In this document: one piece after another, positions 7,536 to 18,700 of the stretch
How the letters are laid out: every line of letters begins with the position of its first letter
How positions within the stretch are numbered: the stretch's first letter is position 1
Origin: a virus
Lineage: Duplodnaviria; Caudoviricetes
Virus record (IMG/VR): IMGVR_UViG_3300027205_000173
Location: 32,001-96,000 of that record
Length of the DNA: 64,000 nucleotides
Strand: one strand, 5' to 3'
The notes under the pieces: model-generated
Databases searched by the model: none
What the model was told of the DNA's origin: nothing
Seen by the model: the letters and a program-made list of their open reading frames with translations, nothing else
Translations under genes and position numbers: made by a program

Positions 7536-9665
7536 TTACTTGGTCGTTGAAGGATTGTCTACCTCGGCAGCGAGCATCTCAAACTCAACGAGAGATTGAA
7601 TAAACTCTTCTGCCGGGTTGGACTTTTCTGCCGTTTTCCAATTTTCGGGAAGCATTTCCTCAAGACCCAACGCTGCAGCACGTGACTTGATGTGTGCTTT
7701 TGCTGCATCTGAGTCCTTTGCTCTTCCATGAGCCATGATTGCGTTGCGGAGATCGTTTTCGCTTGCAATTGGGAACGATCCATCAGGCATTGCGGTGCCT
7801 TCTTTTGCCATCTCTTGACGCTTATCTTCTGGGAATGCACGCTTGAGGGCGATTTCTGCTGCCTCTGCTTCGATTTCTGCTGTTTCGTCAGAGTTGTATG
7901 AGTCGTAGCCGAGCGTTTCGCCATCAAGTGCAACAAAAACGTCGTATGACTTGCCATCAACGCCATCGATTTCAACTTGATAAGAGTCGAAACCTTCAAA
8001 CACTGCTGGCTCTACGGCGACAACACTGCCAGGGATCGATTTGACAGCAATTTCTGCTGCTTCGTTAAAGTCGATGAGTTCGATGTCATCCATGATTGAC
8101 TTCTGTGAAAGAACTGAGTCATCCAGACGATGAAAGCCAAGAACTTCTGCTGATGTTCCATCAACGAATACTTCGTTAATGCTTCCAGACTTTGTCTCTA
8201 CGTCAATAACGTACATGTCCGCATCTTGCGAGTAGCCGGAGTCAATGACTTCGCCCTTGAACATAACTTCGACGAGTCCTTCGACGTGGAGGAGTCCTGG
8301 CATTCCTTTTTCTGCCATGCATCCACCAGGGCAGTCATCACATACGGATGCTGCGCCAGGATATACCTTGCGGTCGATAGCACACATATAGCCATTCATG
8401 CCTACATCTGCTGACTTTGTTCCAAGTTTACGTAGGCGTGCCATACGCATTGCTTCTAGATCGGGTGCCATATCCATATCGTCGGCTTCTCCTTCTTCGT
8501 CTTCCATGTACATTTCTTCGTTGTCTTCATCTTCAGGCATCATTTCGTCTGCCCTACGTTGCATTAGGCTGCGACGCATTTGTTGTGGCCTAGAACTGTT
8601 ACCCCTGCTTGGCATCATGTACATTTTGCCTTCTTCGTCCATCATGTACTCGTTACCTTCGTCATCCATATACATTTCTTCGTCCTCGTCGTACATTTCT
8701 TCATCAGAAGCCTTGCGAGGCATCGCATCAGAAATGCCGAGTATGTCGCGTCCTACCGCGAAGATTGGCTTAGGAGTGCCACCAGTTGATCTTCGTTCCC
8801 ATGGACCCCACATTGCTTCACTGCGGCGATTACTTGAATGGCCTGGGCTCGCCGTGGGTCTTGCACCGCCGCCGCCTGGCCGTGCGGCCATCTTGCCTTC
8901 ATCTTCCATGCCCATGTTCTCTTCGTCGTCCATGTACATTTCTTCTTCGTCGTCCATCATTTCTTCAGCCAACATTTGCATTCTTCCGGTCGGAGGTCGC
9001 TGCATAACTCCGCCACCGCCAGGCTTCCGGGGTCCGCGAGGACGTGGTCTTGGGTCTGGCAATGGGCCTGGGCCTGGGCGTCCACCACGACCGCCGCCGC
9101 CCATGCCGTACATGCCTTTTTCTTCTTCGTCCATATACTCTTCGTCGTCCATGTACATTTCTTCGTCCTCATCATCTTCGGGCATCATTTCTTCACCCTT
9201 GACTGGGCGGTAGAGACCATCTTGCATTGATGCGGTGTAGGCGCGACGGGTTGCTTTTGGTGTTTGCCACATTCCAGCACCCTTGGTTTTGAGCATGGGC
9301 TTACCATTCTCCATTGGTGCTTCTTCTTCTGATTCTTCTAATAAATCTTCTTCATCAGTGGTTTCTTCTTCGTCTTCTTCGTCGACGGGAACCATTTTGA
9401 TTTCGACAGCCATTGCGCCACATTTTCCACAGACTTTTTTGTCTGCTTCATATCCACATTCGGAGCCAGGCAAAGACTTGGCACACTTGATTACAGTACC
9501 ATCACCATCAATTTTGACGACCGATTTTTCGTTTAAATCCATTATGTGAGACTCCTTATAGTGAATGCTCTTGTCGAGACATCCGTTATGGCTGGGGCAA
9601 CCACTACAAGGAATATTAGCCTGTTCGGCTTCTACCATGCAGAAGTATTTGGATATTTTTTTCAT
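7536..9665 (-). CDS. Acidic low-complexity head/scaffold-like protein with Cys clusters, two PepSY-like domains and a C-terminal DUF6582-like motif
   Basis: 709-aa ORF. An alternative start at 9542 follows AAGGAG. E/D/M-rich blocks alternate with R/G/P-rich blocks. AAEIAVKSIPGSVVAVE...YQVEIDGVDGKSYDVFV resembles PepSY. MPDGSFPI..DLRNAI..GR...AHIKSRAAALG is seen in phage head proteins. It lies between the protease gene and the giant ORF. Confidence 0.65.
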   Translation of the reverse strand: MKKISKYFCMVEAEQANIPCSGCPSHNGCLDKSIHYKESHIMDLNEKSVVKIDGDGTVIKCAKSLPGSECGYEADKKVCGKCGAMAVEIKMVPVDEEDEEETTDEEDLLEESEEEAPMENGKPMLKTKGAGMWQTPKATRRAYTASMQDGLYRPVKGEEMMPEDDEDEEMYMDDEEYMDEEEKGMYGMGGGGRGGRPGPGPLPDPRPRPRGPRKPGGGGVMQRPPTGRMQMLAEEMMDDEEEMYMDDEENMGMEDEGKMAARPGGGGARPTASPGHSSNRRSEAMWGPWERRSTGGTPKPIFAVGRDILGISDAMPRKASDEEMYDEDEEMYMDDEGNEYMMDEEGKMYMMPSRGNSSRPQQMRRSLMQRRADEMMPEDEDNEEMYMEDEEGEADDMDMAPDLEAMRMARLRKLGTKSADVGMNGYMCAIDRKVYPGAASVCDDCPGGCMAEKGMPGLLHVEGLVEVMFKGEVIDSGYSQDADMYVIDVETKSGSINEVFVDGTSAEVLGFHRLDDSVLSQKSIMDDIELIDFNEAAEIAVKSIPGSVVAVEPAVFEGFDSYQVEIDGVDGKSYDVFVALDGETLGYDSYNSDETAEIEAEAAEIALKRAFPEDKRQEMAKEGTAMPDGSFPIASENDLRNAIMAHGRAKDSDAAKAHIKSRAAALGLEEMLPENWKTAEKSNPAEEFIQSLVEFEMLAAEVDNPSTTK

Positions 9666-9718
9666 TTTAATCTAGGTTAAGTGTACAACAAACTAACATA
9701 AGTGCATGTAAATTACTG

Positions 9719-12700
9719 TTATTCATTGAGTGGAATCTTTACAGTGCGACCGGACTCGTTGGTTTTTTCTACAAATCGAGAATTAACCGGTTTTGCTGTT
9801 TTTCTGATAAATGTTGTCATGCCCGCTTCGGCTAGTTTGTCAAGCATTTGGGCAAACATATTAGTTCTGGAACCATCCGTCTGGGTCTGACGATCAACGA
9901 CGTGCATCAAGGCATCCATTACATCGTCCAGTTCACTCTGAGTAAGATACAAAGCACCAGCGTTGGTTCTCTTTCCACCAACATCGCCAGACTTCTGCCT
10001 ATCCATAATCTTTGTCAAATTTCTTAAAGAATTGGCAGTTTTGGAATCTCCAGACCTTTGTGCCTCAGAAATTTCCCTGCTCAATGATTGCTCTACCTTA
10101 TTGAACTCAGTTGCTTCCCAGCGAATTTCAGCGCGACCATCTTGTTCCGTTCCAGAACGTGAACGCATTCCTGCTTTTGGCTGCCGTTCGGCATTCTTGC
10201 GAGAACCTATGTAGCCATTGACTAGGCTCGAACGGGAACGTAGACCTTCTCCAGTCATAAATCTTGGAGTCGGATTGTCATCTTCCTCGCCACCGAGAGA
10301 AACGCCCGCTTGTTCACGAGAAGTATTTCCTCGCTTGATAAAAGGATCAGAATCTATATCATCATACAATTCTTCAAGGGTGTTCTTGAGTTTTGTGGCA
10401 TTATTGACACTCTTGCGTTCTGCTGGGCTCATTTCCTCCCCATCAAAACCAATAGTGTAATCATCAAGTGCTTCAATGATCGAACTCAATTTAGAAAGAG
10501 TCAAGTCAGTATCGTCGCCACCATCCTCAGCCTGAACCAAGTCCATCACTTCGTCCCATAGACGACCATGCTCATCTTCAGCATCGCCATCAATAATCGC
10601 ACCACTAATACTGTCCTGCGCCTTTGCAACGACTTTCTCAATAGTCGACATTTGCTTTTGGCGAACCTTTTTTGCTAACGCTGCTCGATTCTCTGGAGTT
10701 GTCTCGGCATCATCTGCCCGACGAGGTGAGTCTTGTTCCATAACTTCTGGACGACGTGTCACTGGGCCGGCTTCAGCCGAACGCTTCATTCTCTCGGCAA
10801 GTGCTTCCCGACGAGCAGTAATTCTGTCCTGCTGATCTTCAGCATCACGCAAACGCCTAAATGCAGCATTATATTCGCCGACCTGGATGCCGTTCGGATT
10901 AGTTGACTCGTCGTACTTGCCTGCAGAAATTAACGCATCAAACTTTTCATCTAGTGACAAAGTTTCGTAGTTTTCTGGAAGAGCATCCTTGGCCGTTCGT
11001 GGACCCTTGCCCTTTCCTGGACGAGAAGTAGACACGGCGCTGCCAGTTTGTGAACGCATACCAGAACCGACTCGTGACCTAACTCCACCACTACGGTTCT
11101 CTTCAGAGAATCGGTCAAACATATTGCGCAAAGTACTCCACTGACGCGCTGTCATGGTGCCGTTATTCTTCTTGTGAGCCTCAACGAGACCCTTAACTAT
11201 GCGGAAGTTGGGCTGACGACGACCCCAGTCAACAAGTTGACCCTGCATTCTTGGAGTAATATCTGCTGGAGCGCCATTATTGATGCGCTTACCATCGAAT
11301 TCCTCACCAGGCATATCAACATTGGGGCTGGTGTATTTTCCTTCTTTGCTGACTGAGGCCATTTCTAGTGGATCAGCACCAAACATCTTGATCCATGATG
11401 GATCAACTTTCTCTAATTCATCGTACGCCGTCATGACGTTGTCGTATTCTGAAGAAAGAATTGTCAAAGAACGACCAGGATTAGATTTTTTCTGATTCTG
11501 TAATTCCTCAAGAAGATTATCGTACTTCTTCATACCGTAAGTAATCATGCCGTTTCCGCCATGCTTCGCAGTAATTCCACGAATTTCATCACGAATTAAG
11601 CCAATTTCATCTACGGAAAGATTGACTTCCATTTTTTGATGTCTTGCTCCCGCTCGTGAACGGAAACCACCACCACCACGGGCTATATTAAGTTTTTTAT
11701 TGATTTTTTCTGCTGCTTCTGACAAGAAATTAGATGCTGCATACTCATCATTGCCCCACATGTCATTGGCGAGGTTGCTAATATTCGTAACTTGAGACTG
11801 AACTCGCTCAAGGTCACTGTCTTCGGTAATCCCGTTACGAAGCAATTCAATGGCATTGCCGTATACGGACTTTTCGTCTTCACTCATTGGAATCCGACGC
11901 AAATCACGTTCTAGGAAATCAACCGTCGTTGACTCAACACCATTAACATCACCATTTGGCTTGACGGAGTATGTCGCATTACGCTTCACATCATTGAGTG
12001 CTTTACCGAGACTCTCTGCTTCTTCAATGCTGTCTGCGTCATCAGCAGAAATACCACCAAATACGTAAGCCCCACCACCCTTATATTGGACGACCAACTC
12101 TTCTTTAGCGGCATCGTAACGAACGAAGTCAACAGCACTACTTTCGGCCATTCTGCGTGAAGGATAGATTTCGCGTGATTCGCCCAACCCTGTTCCGGCT
12201 TTGCTTCGCATGCCGTCAGCAATTTCTTGCACATCATCTGGATCGTCCGGATCGTCCGGCGGTCGCTTCGCTGCGGCTGCGAATCGTCTAGGCTCAATAT
12301 CCCTATCTTTGTTACGTCTAATAATTTCGCCAGGTTTGAATTTTTCACCGACTTCAAGTCCTTCTTCGCGATTAGAACGTGAACGCAAGCCCGCCTTTTT
12401 CATCCGCTCTTCATGCTTAATTAAATATTTTCTTGCTGCTTGTCTTCTTTGACGTGAAGCGGGTTTGCGCGCATCGGAACTGGGTTGATTTGCTATAGCA
12501 CCAAATCGTCTTTGAATATTTTTATCTGCAGCCTTACGTACTTCAAGATTCTCGTCTTCAAGTAAGTCTTTGATTGTTTCCAAATATGCCATATCATTAT
12601 TTGCAACATTTAGTCTAGTTTGAACATCCTCGCGACGTGAAAGTTCATCAAGATAATTGGGCGACATTAGATTCAGCCTGGAATCATGCGCAGCATCTCT

Positions 12701-15700
12701 TCGGTCTGCTTCTACATTTGCTGACGTTCCACCAGAGCGTGAACGCAATCCTTCTAGGGGACGTCTGCCCGGCTTTCCAGCAGCACGGACACGGTCAAGG
12801 CTGCGGAATTGCTCATCCTCGTAGAATACGTCGTCATTTCCCTGGTCTTCAATGTTTTGCAGGAAGTCCATGGCGTCTTCAACGGAATCAAACTCTTCAT
12901 CATCCGCTCCGCCATAGAAATACTCCACGCCATCTTCTGTACGGAACATACCAACAACTCCGTATCCGGGAGTGTCGTCGCCATAAATATCAGCCAGAGG
13001 GATAACTTCTGCGTCTACATTTTCGCCGTTAAGTCGATCAATCCACTTTGATCCCGTGTTGTATTTTGATTCGGCAACACCTTCACGCACCCCACCCGAA
13101 CCACCTTCGTCATCGTAAGAACGACGTGAACGCATGCCGGAAGTTGGCTTTGAATTAGTTCCAGGTTTACGCGATTTATTTTCTTTTCTGCGTCGATCAA
13201 TTTCTTGTTTTGCCGCAAAATAGGAATCCCTGATCTTCTTCTTTTCAAGCGGGTCATCGACACTGACTTTTCCGTCCGTAACATCGAACCAATCATTCAT
13301 TAAATTCTTTAGTTCTTCATCTGTGGCGTCTTCCATATTGGTTGATCCAGAATTTGTTTGTGAACGCATGCCTTCTAGTGGACGTCTGCCAGGCTTTCCA
13401 GCAGCACGAACACGGTCAAGACTACGGAATTCCGGATCACCATACAAAATTCCCTCATTACCCTGGTCATCAACATTTTGCAAGAAGTCCATAGCATCTT
13501 CAACAGAATCGAACTCTTCATCGTCCCCGCCATAGAAATACTCAATCCCACCGAATCCATCGTCAGTTCTATAAACGCCGACCACGCCATATCCAGGCCT
13601 GTCGTCACCATAAATATCCGCTAATGGAATAACATCGGCATCAACATTGTCGCCCTTGAGTTGATCAATCCACATGAAGCCTTCAAAATGTTCAGACTCT
13701 GCGACTCCTTCGCGAACACCACGCGAACCACTTTCGTCATCGTAAGAACGACGTGAACGCATTCCTTGCTGGCGTCCACCACGAGAACCAGACGGTCTGC
13801 TCACGTTCGGGAATGTGTCATTCGTACCAAAGGTGCGTGTTTCGGTAGTTCCATCAGACATGTTCTCCAACACCATTGTGACGTAGCCATCTTCTTGGCC
13901 ATCACTACGGATATCGGCAATACGAACCATCGGCTCGCCAACAGCACTAGTTTCATCATCCCAATTTTCGGGAAGAACATCACCAGGTGCTAAATCTATA
14001 ATGTTTGCTCGCGCTTCAACACCACGTTCTCTGTCGCCCAATTTGGGCCCTTTTCGATTAGGACGATTCTTGTACGAGGGCGCAGATTCCCAAGCACGAT
14101 CATCCATCAAGAATCCATTATTAGACAAGATGTCTGATGCTCTTTTATCTTTTGATATTGCGTTTACTAAAGCATCAAGTTTGTCGTCCATGTTGGCTTT
14201 GGCATTATCTCGCAAGGAAATATCTGAACCGACCGATCCTTCGCGATCCGCCCGATAGAAATCAATTTTCACTCCATTATCCAAGAGGTGATTTCGTAAA
14301 TATTTTTCGTTAGAAGACAAGTTCTTATCATCTTTGGAGAAAATTTCGCTTATATAGCCAATTGCGGCACCAGCAGAATTCCCAAAATCTTCACGTGAAC
14401 GGAAACCCCACTCATTTGTGGATGGTCCATCTTTTTTCTTGCCCGGAATTTTCTTCGAGCGAAGTTTTTGTTCTTGCATGATACGAACTTGATCTGGTGT
14501 CAATTTCGTGTTCATTTTACGTTTTTCGGAATTGTTCTTTTTTCCAGAACGTGAGCGCATTCCCCCATTTTTCAATCTGTCAAGTGCTTCTGTGACTTTT
14601 TCGTCAGCAAAATCAGACGACAAATCATCAATTTTTTCAGTTATTAAATAGTCAGGATCAATATCATCAAATTCAGAACCTTCAAAATTATCACGAAGAT
14701 TTGAGACAAACGATATGGCGTCCACGCTGTCCCAATGCTCGTCGTCAAAGAATGCCGGGTCAATCAAGTCTGTAATTAGTGCATCATATTCTTCTTGATT
14801 AATATCGCCATCATCCAGCATTTTCTTATAAGCAACACGGGCTTTCGTTGTGCCAGTTCTACCGACTAATCTCTGGGTGTCTTCACTAACTGCGTATTTT
14901 GCCCAATCAGTAATGCCTTTAATCTCATCATTGACACTATCTAATTCATTTTCAATCTCATCAAAAAGGTCATTTTCTTCATCGTTAAAATCTCGCCCAT
15001 TGGCATAATACTGATCCATTAATTCTTTTGATTTTGCATCAAGTTCATTACGACGTTGTGTGAGTTCTTCCAACTTATTGACTATTCCTTCGGAATTCTT
15101 TGATAAGTAGGCATCTCGCGTATTCTTAAAATTCTCATGCGAACCACTTCGTGAACGCATACCCGAAGAAGATGCTCCCATTAAAGTGTTGATTTCATCT
15201 TCCGTGAAACCAAGTTCCGACATCGTTAAACGACGTTTGTCATTTTGTTCTGCTAAGAATTTTTCTGAATCAAACTTAACTTTTCCTTTTTCGTCACGTT
15301 CAATCATTTCACGACGTGGACGACCAGTGGCATCCAACTCTGGTGCCTTTCTGGTTGCCGACTCAGCGCCTTGCTCTTTGCGTAGGTCAGAAAACTCTTG
15401 ACGTAATGGTGCTTGACGGCGACGGAATTCCGCTAAATCAATTTTCTCATCATCAAGTTCTTTTTCAAGATCACGTTGCTTTTTGATATTGGTATCAATT
15501 TCGGCATCAATATTGCGCCCTGTACGGGAACGTAAGCCCATTGTGCGTTGCTTGTCGCTATCTTTAACAATGTTGTCATACACTTCATTGGCGCGTCTCA
15601 AGATGCTTTCTTTACCTTGAGGAATTCTGCCAGAAGAAACAAAATCTTGGAATTCATCAACAGTTAGCCCATCGCTGAGTATATCCATCGACTCTAAAAA

Positions 15701-18700
15701 TGCGCGATTAGCAATAGATTCCATTTCTGATTCAAATATGCGCTCACCATCATCTGAAGGTCCAGATATTTGGTTTCGTGCATATCCCGCATAGCGACCG
15801 CTCAATACATCGGCAACATCATCTTTGGTAAATCCTTGACGCTTTAGTTCAGAACGAACAATCTTCATCAATTCGGGATTAATCCTCTGGTCACCATCAA
15901 AAATATCTTGCAGTTCTTTATCGCTCAAACCAAATTTCTGGCCGCTACGCTGCGACATTTGGGCAAGAATGTCAAATGCTCGCTGTTCTTTTGTTACTTT
16001 AGGCTCAACGCTGTTATTGCGTTCATTTCTTAAACCATCAGTGATTTTTGAACGGAAACCACGAAGCAGTTCCGGTACGTCGCGAGGACCGTCATAAGAC
16101 CCAAAGCGAAGAGGCTTTGGTTTAAAGTTATCCCAGTCAAGATTTTCTACTGACCAGCCCGTTTGCTGAACAGCACGCTCTTCTACTGGCTTGACATTGC
16201 CTTTTTCTAGATCGTGGGCGTAGGCTTTTCTTTGCGCTTTTCTGTATTGGCGCAATTTCTTTTTGTATTCCTGATCCCACTCTTCGAAAGTAGGGTACCA
16301 ATCCCAAGTATCGTAAGGTTTATTGCTGTCGACATCACGTTTTGCTTGATTGCGGAAAGAATCAAGCATTTCTTGTTTGCGTTGTGCTTTAGATTTTGGC
16401 TTGAAAGTCTCTAGAAGTCTTCTTTCAGCAGGTGTCAGAGTTTCTAGGGCACCATCTGATGGCTTGTAGTCGTCAGGGACGGTTGCTTTCCAGGTTTTGC
16501 TTTCGCTACGACGACGATCTTCTAGTTGGGAGTCAATGACATCTTGTGTTCCTTTTTCTTCTTCTCCCGATGACATGCCGCCATTGGGCAATGTTGATGG
16601 CTCTTGTCCGCGCTTGCGTGCATAAACGCTCTTATCTCCGGCGGAATAATCACCGAAATATTCAGGCTCACGTCCCTCGCTTTGATATACGTCGTAACCA
16701 CGTGAATCAAGTTCTTGAACCAAAGAACTCAATGATGGGCGATCTCTCAAAAGGAGGGAAGAAGATTGTGGATTCCTGTCCCATGGACGCCATGCCGTTT
16801 CTCCATACGATTGAAGAAGTTTAATAAGTTCCTCGTCACTCATATTTTGGAGTGCTTGAACTGGACCTCTTCTTCCGTACGCTGGTTTCAATTTTTTGTC
16901 TGGCTTGCTATCTTCCCTGAATCTACGCGAACGCATGCCACGATCTCTTCTGTTGCGATCAAAAATATTGTCTACAGCATCATCAAGGAGTTCGCGACCC
17001 TTTTCTCTAGCAAATTTCTTAGCCTCTCTCTTGAGGTCTTTGCCAATTTCGCGACCTTGCTTACGTACCGCGTCGCCAAGACGCGAACGCATTCCAACAT
17101 CATCGCGCTGTCGTTCGCCAACATTTTCCCAATGTGTTTGCACGTCAGAATTCCACATTTCTTCGGCACGACTCATTACTTTTTCATTGTCAAGAATGTT
17201 TGACCAATCAACGTCCTTCGGGTCAAGTTCGTCATCTTCGATCATTATTTCGACAGTACGTTCAAGTAAATTCTCGAAATGATCAGAATCTTGATCTAGG
17301 TCCTCGAATTGCTCGTTGTAAGTTGGGCCACGTCGCGAACGCATGCCACGATCTTTGTCGCGTAAAACAAATCCGTCTCTACCCCAAGAACCCTCATGAG
17401 ACATGATCGCATCGGAGACAGCACTTGCTACAAAACGCTTTTTATCTTCAGGTGATGCTTTACTGACATCTATTGACCATGACCAGCCACCGTCAGAGTC
17501 ACCTTCGGTTTCGATGTAATCAACGAGACCACTATCCTGAAGGAAGGAACCTGCAGGACCATCTGCTACATCAACTTCTGTATCAACAAAATCCATCCAG
17601 AGTCTTGATTCCGATGCATCACCCATACCATCGTTGAAGACCCTGACATCCAAGCCTTCTCTAATAACATCATTGTTACTATAGGCGTTATCGATAAGTT
17701 TATTGACTTCAGAAATATTATCCTTAGAAACAAACTCATCTAGTGAACGACCATCAAATATTTCGGGGGCATACTTCTCAATTAAAGGAGTAATTCTGTC
17801 TAGATAATCCTGAGTTGATTCGTCATCACCCTGGAATAGGTCTCTTGGGTCGACACCATCATCTTCAAGAACTTTACGAGCGCGATCTGCTGCTACTTGA
17901 TCCGAATATATTTTTCTCTGAGAAGTTGAGCGCATTCCACGTTCTTCGCGTTCCATATCACGTTGCATGTCTGCTTGCTCGTCAAGCATGTACTGGATGT
18001 ACTCGGGGTCATTTTCTGCTTCGCGTTGACGCTTCAGGCGATTCTCTTCACGCAGTTCTCGCATCGACTTCTGGGGCTTCTTGCGCGGTGCGTTGAGGCG
18101 ATTTTCACGGAACTGGCGGTCATCTTGTTCGTCAAGTTGATAATCGATTTCCGGATCACCCGAGCGTGAACGGAAACCGCGAACCCAGCCACGATCTTCC
18201 TCTTGGGCATTCTCTAAATCACTTTCAGCAGCCTTCTGGATATCGTCATCGAAGGCATCGGAATTATTGTATTCTTTAAACAATTTTTCCATTGCGGCAA
18301 TAGGGTCGTCTGATTCATTGACGTCATCCAGAAGGGAATCCCACTCGTCGTCAGTCATGTCCTTGTATTTGTCTACATTTTCTCTAGTCCAATCGCGAGC
18401 AGTCTCGTAATATCTATCCGAGTCCATCCTGCTCCACTCTTCGCCAACGTTTTCCATAATTGGTTCTAAGGGATCGTCATCTGGCTCATACCATGAATCA
18501 GGAGGACCAACATAGCCACGTGAACGCATGCCACGATCTTCGCGTTCCATATTGCGCTGATCGTCAGCCCACTCATCGAGCATTGCTTCGGTGTCATATT
18601 CTGCGGCATCGCGTTGACGCTTTAAACGATTCTCTTCGCGAAGTTCACGCATCGACTTCTGAGGCTTCTTGCGTGGTGCGTCAAGACGATTTTCACGGAA

